NCBI GenBank assembly: GCA_964583985.1
Contig: CAZOYD010000001.1
Location: 99,532-163,531, forward strand
Origin: an uncultured archaeon
GTDB taxonomy: Archaea > Asgardarchaeota > Lokiarchaeia > Sigyniarchaeales > SOKP01
Length of the DNA stretch: 64,000 nt
Reading direction: 5' to 3'
The translations under genes were made by a program, and so were the position numbers. Numbering within the stretch: position 1 is the stretch's first letter; every line of letters starts with the position of its first letter. The notes beneath the pieces were generated by a model. The model was not told the origin of the DNA, searched no databases, and was given only the letters and a program-made list of their open reading frames with translations. Below are positions 59,294 through 64,000 of this stretch, in pieces.

Positions 59294-59600
59294 TTATACA
59301 ATCAAGTATAATCAGTAAAATTACAATGGATAATTTTTTATCGAAATTAAATTTTAAGTTTTACTTTCCTTTTTAATAGGCGTTTAATAATATTGGTCAA
59401 CTAATAATGATCTTTTATATTCCCGACAATAATATATTACTTTATTGATTAGGTCGTTGCAAGATGGTCTTATTAAATCTTTAATATGATTTTGATCCAT
59501 AGATTTATATGTATTCATACCTTGCATTGGAAATATGATAATTTCGATTGGAATTTTTTTACTAATCATCTAAAATATATACATAAAAGGAATGATATGA

Positions 59601-60920
59601 GTGTTGACTAATCCAAATAATAAAGAAAGTTATAATTTTAACATTGATCAATTTTATAAAAATTACATTAATGGTCCTAAAATTTTCAGAAATCGGGAAG
59701 CACTCGAACCCTCATTCATACCAGATGAATTACCACATAGAGATGCTGAGATTGAACAGATAGCAGGACTTACTGCGTGTGCATTGAAAGGAGATGTTCC
59801 TCCAAATTTCTTATGCTATGGGATGACAGGTACGGGTAAAACGGCTACAATAAGATATGTTAGTCAGAAGTTAGCACAACATTGTGATTCGAATCCACCT
59901 TGGTGGATATATATAAATTGTAATGTTGTTTCAACACCTTATCGAATCTTAGCACATATATATAATACTATCTCAGGAAAAGAAAAAATACCTCCTACAG
60001 GTTTACCCAAAGATATAATTTTTAAGAAGCTATTAGGTTTACTCGATTTATGCATAAAATCAAATGTTTGTTTTCTTGTCTTGGATGAGATAGACATTCT
60101 TATTGAAAAGAAGGGGGGGAATGAAATTCTTTATGATCTGACCAGATTGAATGAAAATTTAGATGTTTGTAGAGCTAACGTCATTGGAATTTCAAATAAA
60201 TTGAAATTTAAAGAATATTTAGATCCACGAGTAAAATCTAGTTTGGGACAAGAAGAATTGGTATTTCATCCATATAATGCAAATGAATTATCAGATATTC
60301 TCGAGAACCGAGCGAAAGTTGCATTTCAGGAGGGTATTATCAATGAAGGAGTGATAAAATTATGTGCGGGCTTAGCTGCTAAGGAACATGGTGATTCGCG
60401 TAAAGCTCTTCAATTATTAAGAAAAGCAGGAGAAAATTCAGAGAGAAATCAGAGAGCATTCATCTCTGAATCTGATGTAAACAAAGCTCAACAAGATATC
60501 GAGAAAGATAATGTGGTTGAATATATTTTAGGGATGCCCTTACAATCTCAATTAACACTCACCGCCATTTACTTAATGAGAAAGTTTTCAAAAGAAACTA
60601 TAATCACTTCAGGTGATATATATGAAATCCACTTAGAACTAACAAATAAGCTAACCAATACAAAATTATTAACTAAAAGAAGAATATCAGATTACATAAA
60701 TGAACTTGCCTTAGCAGGTATTATCACAGCCACTACAAGATCGATGGGTCATTATGGAAGAACTAAAATTATTACATTAGACATAGATATCTCATTGATA
60801 GAAAAAGTATTGACTCAAGTAAAACATATATCTATGGCTGATTTGTTAAATTATAAGCCGATATTATTACAAACTGATAAAGTGAGGATCAAAAATAACG
60901 TTTTTAAAAAGTTAGTTTAA
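59601..60920 (+). CDS. cdc6: Orc1/Cdc6 replication initiator
   Basis: ELPHRD, GMTGTGKT, LVLDEID, LDPRVKSSL, HGDSRKAL, GRT wing. Confidence 0.96.
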   Translation: MLTNPNNKESYNFNIDQFYKNYINGPKIFRNREALEPSFIPDELPHRDAEIEQIAGLTACALKGDVPPNFLCYGMTGTGKTATIRYVSQKLAQHCDSNPPWWIYINCNVVSTPYRILAHIYNTISGKEKIPPTGLPKDIIFKKLLGLLDLCIKSNVCFLVLDEIDILIEKKGGNEILYDLTRLNENLDVCRANVIGISNKLKFKEYLDPRVKSSLGQEELVFHPYNANELSDILENRAKVAFQEGIINEGVIKLCAGLAAKEHGDSRKALQLLRKAGENSERNQRAFISESDVNKAQQDIEKDNVVEYILGMPLQSQLTLTAIYLMRKFSKETIITSGDIYEIHLELTNKLTNTKLLTKRRISDYINELALAGIITATTRSMGHYGRTKIITLDIDISLIEKVLTQVKHISMADLLNYKPILLQTDKVRIKNNVFKKLV

Positions 60921-61603
60921 CTAATAAATTGCCAGTTATTAATATCATTTCCAATTTCTTTTAGGAAATAAATAACTAAAGATTCATCTTGTTCCTTTAA
61001 AAGTAAAAATAATCTAGCCAAATGCTTGCAAAATTTTTTAGATTTGATTTTTTTTGTTTGAAAATCAAAACAATCATGTTTTAATGTTTTTAGCTTAATA
61101 TTTATCTCGATGGTGTAATGATTTTCTTGAGATCCTTTTACAGTAGCTTTTAGCATTCCAGTTTTATCATCAAATTTGAGAATTTTTATATCAGAATGCA
61201 ATATAGAAGCAGATCTTCCCGCTGTAATCTCATCCACGAATATTTTAAATAGATCTTTAAATTGATTAGAATCTTTTAGTAGATTTCTTTTTTCAAATTT
61301 TAAATCTTTAATCTTTTCAGAGGAGGTTATTCTTTCAGATATTTCTTCTTTTCGTTTTAATTGCCACGTAGTTAATTCTTGATTTAATTCCCTTGATAAT
61401 TTGAGATTATCTCCATCTGAGATTACAAAATTTTTAGAGATTGCAGTTTCAACAAATTCTTTTGCCTCTTTTGGTTCAAATAAAAATAATTCAAATGAAA
61501 GTCTAAAAAGGAGATCATTTAATGATATTGAAGATAATCCAATGATTTTCCAGATATATATTATCATATCTGAAAGATTTTTACGGGGAATTGTTAAATC
61601 CAT
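60917..61603 (-). CDS. DUF2240-like N-terminus + SWIM-type zinc finger protein
   Basis: LSFELFLFEPKEAK..A; VKGS..Y...HDC.DF....FCKH. Confidence 0.7.
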   Translation of the reverse strand: MDLTIPRKNLSDMIIYIWKIIGLSSISLNDLLFRLSFELFLFEPKEAKEFVETAISKNFVISDGDNLKLSRELNQELTTWQLKRKEEISERITSSEKIKDLKFEKRNLLKDSNQFKDLFKIFVDEITAGRSASILHSDIKILKFDDKTGMLKATVKGSQENHYTIEINIKLKTLKHDCFDFQTKKIKSKKFCKHLARLFLLLKEQDESLVIYFLKEIGNDINNWQFIS

Positions 61604-61615
61604 AATAAATCTTAA

Positions 61616-63370
61616 TTATACTTGCTTTTTAAAATCTAATATATTAGATTTTAGTGAATCTAATTCAATAATAGGTACTATTCCTATTGTTGGATCTATA
61701 CCAAAACTTCGCATAAAATCTGTTTGTGCTTGAAAGCATCCTGAGTTGATTAAGTTAACATTTCGATAACGACTAAATCCATTGATATGAAGATGTCCTG
61801 TATGAAAAATATCGGGAATCGTGTCGATTACAAGCCAATCCTTACTTGTGGGTGCAATTTGAGTCTTTCCACCATATATAGGGGCGAGATGCCTACAAAT
61901 GAGCAATTCTTTCATCGTTTCAGTTGGATTTTTTATATCTAAATCAGGAACGGACATATTTAAATCATGCATACTTTCCCCATGAAAAATAAGGGTTTGA
62001 ACACCATGTGTACTAATTAAAGAAGGATTGCCTAAACATTTTACTCCTAAATCTACTAAACCCTTGCAATATTTTTTAGGAACGGCGGGTCTTGCGATAG
62101 CATTTCTCACGGGTTCGTGATTACCAGATACATAGAAAATCTTAATATATTCAGGTATTTCCTCAATAAATTCTGTAGCTTTATCGTATTGTTTATAAAT
62201 ATCTGATATGAGAAGATCTTCATTCTGATTGGGATATACACCTATTCCATCAACTAAATCTCCGTTAATAATCAAGTATTTAATTTTTCCTGCTAATGTT
62301 CTTATTTTATTATTCCCAACTTTTCCATTTAAGAATTGGATGAACTTATGGAATACTGCTTCTTCAAATTCCTTACTTCCTATGTGAGTATCAGAGATTA
62401 AGCCAACAGCAAGAGGTTCAGTAGCTTTATTAGGTTGAAAATTAGTAGGAATATCAATTTTCGTGAAATTATTTGCAAATATTATCCCCTTGCTTTTAGA
62501 ATCACTTGGATTATATACCCCTTCCACATATATCATTTGGTCATTGATGATCCGTTCAGCTCTTTTCAATTGACTGAGATCATCATTATTTTTCTTGATT
62601 AATACATTAATTTCTCCTGTTAAATCTTCTAATAATAAAAGATAATTTTTGTTTTTTGTTATTCGTATATTTTTGACCAATCCCATTGTAGATACTTCAG
62701 CATTGTTAGATAATCTGATTATTTTTTCAATATTAGTTGCTGATAGTACTTCAGTTCGATTTCTCATCAATTCACGCAATGAATTGTATTTATCTACAGT
62801 CATCTCATAGAAATCATCGAAAGATCCATTTGTAAACAATTTACCATTTGGATCTTTTAAAATCTTATCTTCAAATTCATAATTTTTCGCTATGGGATTA
62901 AATGAAAGTGATGATTTTGCAGAATCAAATTGTTTGATTTTTAATTGTTGTTTTATTGCAGGAGGAGAATCAATAACTATTGATTTAGTTATTTTTGCTT
63001 TAGGAATACTAATAGCATTTTGAGTGTTTATTGAATTTGAAACTTCGTTTAGAATTGGAGTTTGAATATCTACTTGATTATTAGTCATATTATTTTCATT
63101 TAAATTAGCTCTATCATTTATATTTAATTTTAGATTCTCTCTTTTTAGCACGTTTTGAATTTCTTCATTTGAAACTTTTTGCATTACATCTATAGTAAGA
63201 TGTCCGTTAAACGTGGGAATATTATTCATATCTTGTATTATTGTATTAGTTTTAATCAACGGGTTTTCCAATTTCATAATGATCTCTATAGATTTGGGAG
63301 AAATATTTATGCCAGAATTTGCTAATCTATTTACCAATACCTTCTTTTGTGACAGATACTCTTGATCCAA
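61616..63370 (-). CDS. polB: DNA polymerase D small subunit DP1
   Basis: LEDLTG, ISDTHIGS, GDLVDGIGVYP, GNHE, RHLAP, HTGHLH. Confidence 0.96.
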   Translation of the reverse strand: MDQEYLSQKKVLVNRLANSGINISPKSIEIIMKLENPLIKTNTIIQDMNNIPTFNGHLTIDVMQKVSNEEIQNVLKRENLKLNINDRANLNENNMTNNQVDIQTPILNEVSNSINTQNAISIPKAKITKSIVIDSPPAIKQQLKIKQFDSAKSSLSFNPIAKNYEFEDKILKDPNGKLFTNGSFDDFYEMTVDKYNSLRELMRNRTEVLSATNIEKIIRLSNNAEVSTMGLVKNIRITKNKNYLLLLEDLTGEINVLIKKNNDDLSQLKRAERIINDQMIYVEGVYNPSDSKSKGIIFANNFTKIDIPTNFQPNKATEPLAVGLISDTHIGSKEFEEAVFHKFIQFLNGKVGNNKIRTLAGKIKYLIINGDLVDGIGVYPNQNEDLLISDIYKQYDKATEFIEEIPEYIKIFYVSGNHEPVRNAIARPAVPKKYCKGLVDLGVKCLGNPSLISTHGVQTLIFHGESMHDLNMSVPDLDIKNPTETMKELLICRHLAPIYGGKTQIAPTSKDWLVIDTIPDIFHTGHLHINGFSRYRNVNLINSGCFQAQTDFMRSFGIDPTIGIVPIIELDSLKSNILDFKKQV

Positions 63371-63640
63371 TATTTAATCTCTCGAGATAGAAATTATAAT
63401 ATCTATTGCTATGAATAATTATATTGTTTATTATTAAAGAACAAACATCTCATCTTATAATTTAAGAGAGTGTGTCATTTCAATCGATTTATTTAAAAAT
63501 CAGCCATCTCATTTGGTTATTAAAGAAAGTTTCGAATTATCCTATTAATAATTTCATTTATTTTTTCAAGATTTATTAATACAATATAATCATAATTAAT
63601 TTTGTTTATTGGATTCATTTCATAGCAATATCATACCATT

Positions 63641-64000
63641 ATGTCAGATGCAAGTAAAAAGATGCAAGAATATTTTGCAATAATTCAGCAACATGTAGAT
63701 CATTGTTATAAAATTGCTGAAGATGCCCGCCAGAAAGGTTTAGATCCCGAAACTTTTGTAGAATCACCACAAGCAAAAGATTTGGCTGGAAGAGTCGAAA
63801 AGCTTGTAGGTCCTGAAGGTGTTGGTGGTTTGATCCGAAAATTAAAAAATACGGGGAAATCAGATGATGAGATTGTCTTTCAAGTAGTTTCTGATATTTT
63901 AGAAAAAAAAATCGGAAATATTGAATCCTTAGATGAAAGAGTGGAACGTGCGATTAGAGTAGGATTAGCAATAAAGACAATGGGGGTTGTAAGTGCTCCG
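63641..64000 (+). CDS. polC: DNA polymerase D large subunit DP2 (5' part, runs off window)
   Basis: MSDASKKMQEYF..AEDARQKGLDP..AKDLAGRVEKLVG..AIRVGLAI..GVVSAP. Confidence 0.93.
   Translation, partial: MSDASKKMQEYFAIIQQHVDHCYKIAEDARQKGLDPETFVESPQAKDLAGRVEKLVGPEGVGGLIRKLKNTGKSDDEIVFQVVSDILEKKIGNIESLDERVERAIRVGLAIKTMGVVSAP

Noticed and set aside
1-64000. CRISPR arrays, rRNA, transposases, integrases or tRNA-linked att sites
   Set aside because: No repeat-spacer pattern, rRNA-like stretch, mobile-element gene or duplicated tRNA 3' end was seen

Overview
AT-rich archaeal chromosomal segment, most likely from an Asgard archaeon of the Lokiarchaeia type. This assignment rests on profilin-like, longin-like and LITAF-like proteins, SmAP3, and Elf1 beside a standard archaeal core. 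The core genes include an exosome/proteasome cluster (rrp42-rrp41-rrp4-SBDS-psmA), tfb, rpl2, gatDE, elp3, pyrDK, nop5-flpA, rnhB, mat, hypB, pelA, rtcB/archease, carS, cdc6 and polB/polC, plus four tRNA genes. The strongest novel signal is a 30-nt bulge-helix-bulge-type intron with an in-frame stop that splits the catalytic DEAGR/GP motif of the RNase HII gene, i.e. a probable spliced mRNA intron. The same window holds a three-intron tRNA-Lys, a D-loop-intron tRNA-Val and the RtcB/archease ligase pair. Other highlights are: an unannotated 50-aa WH2-like microprotein and a polyproline/VASP-like protein (candidate actin regulators); an eight-gene uncharacterised operon with an AAA ATPase, a degenerate SMC-like protein and winged-helix proteins; tandem RHH-HisKA-REC regulators lacking a kinase ATPase; two AN1-zinc-finger intramembrane protease-like genes; and repeated ATA/ATT start codons. 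All protein calls come from motif recognition by eye, not from database searches.
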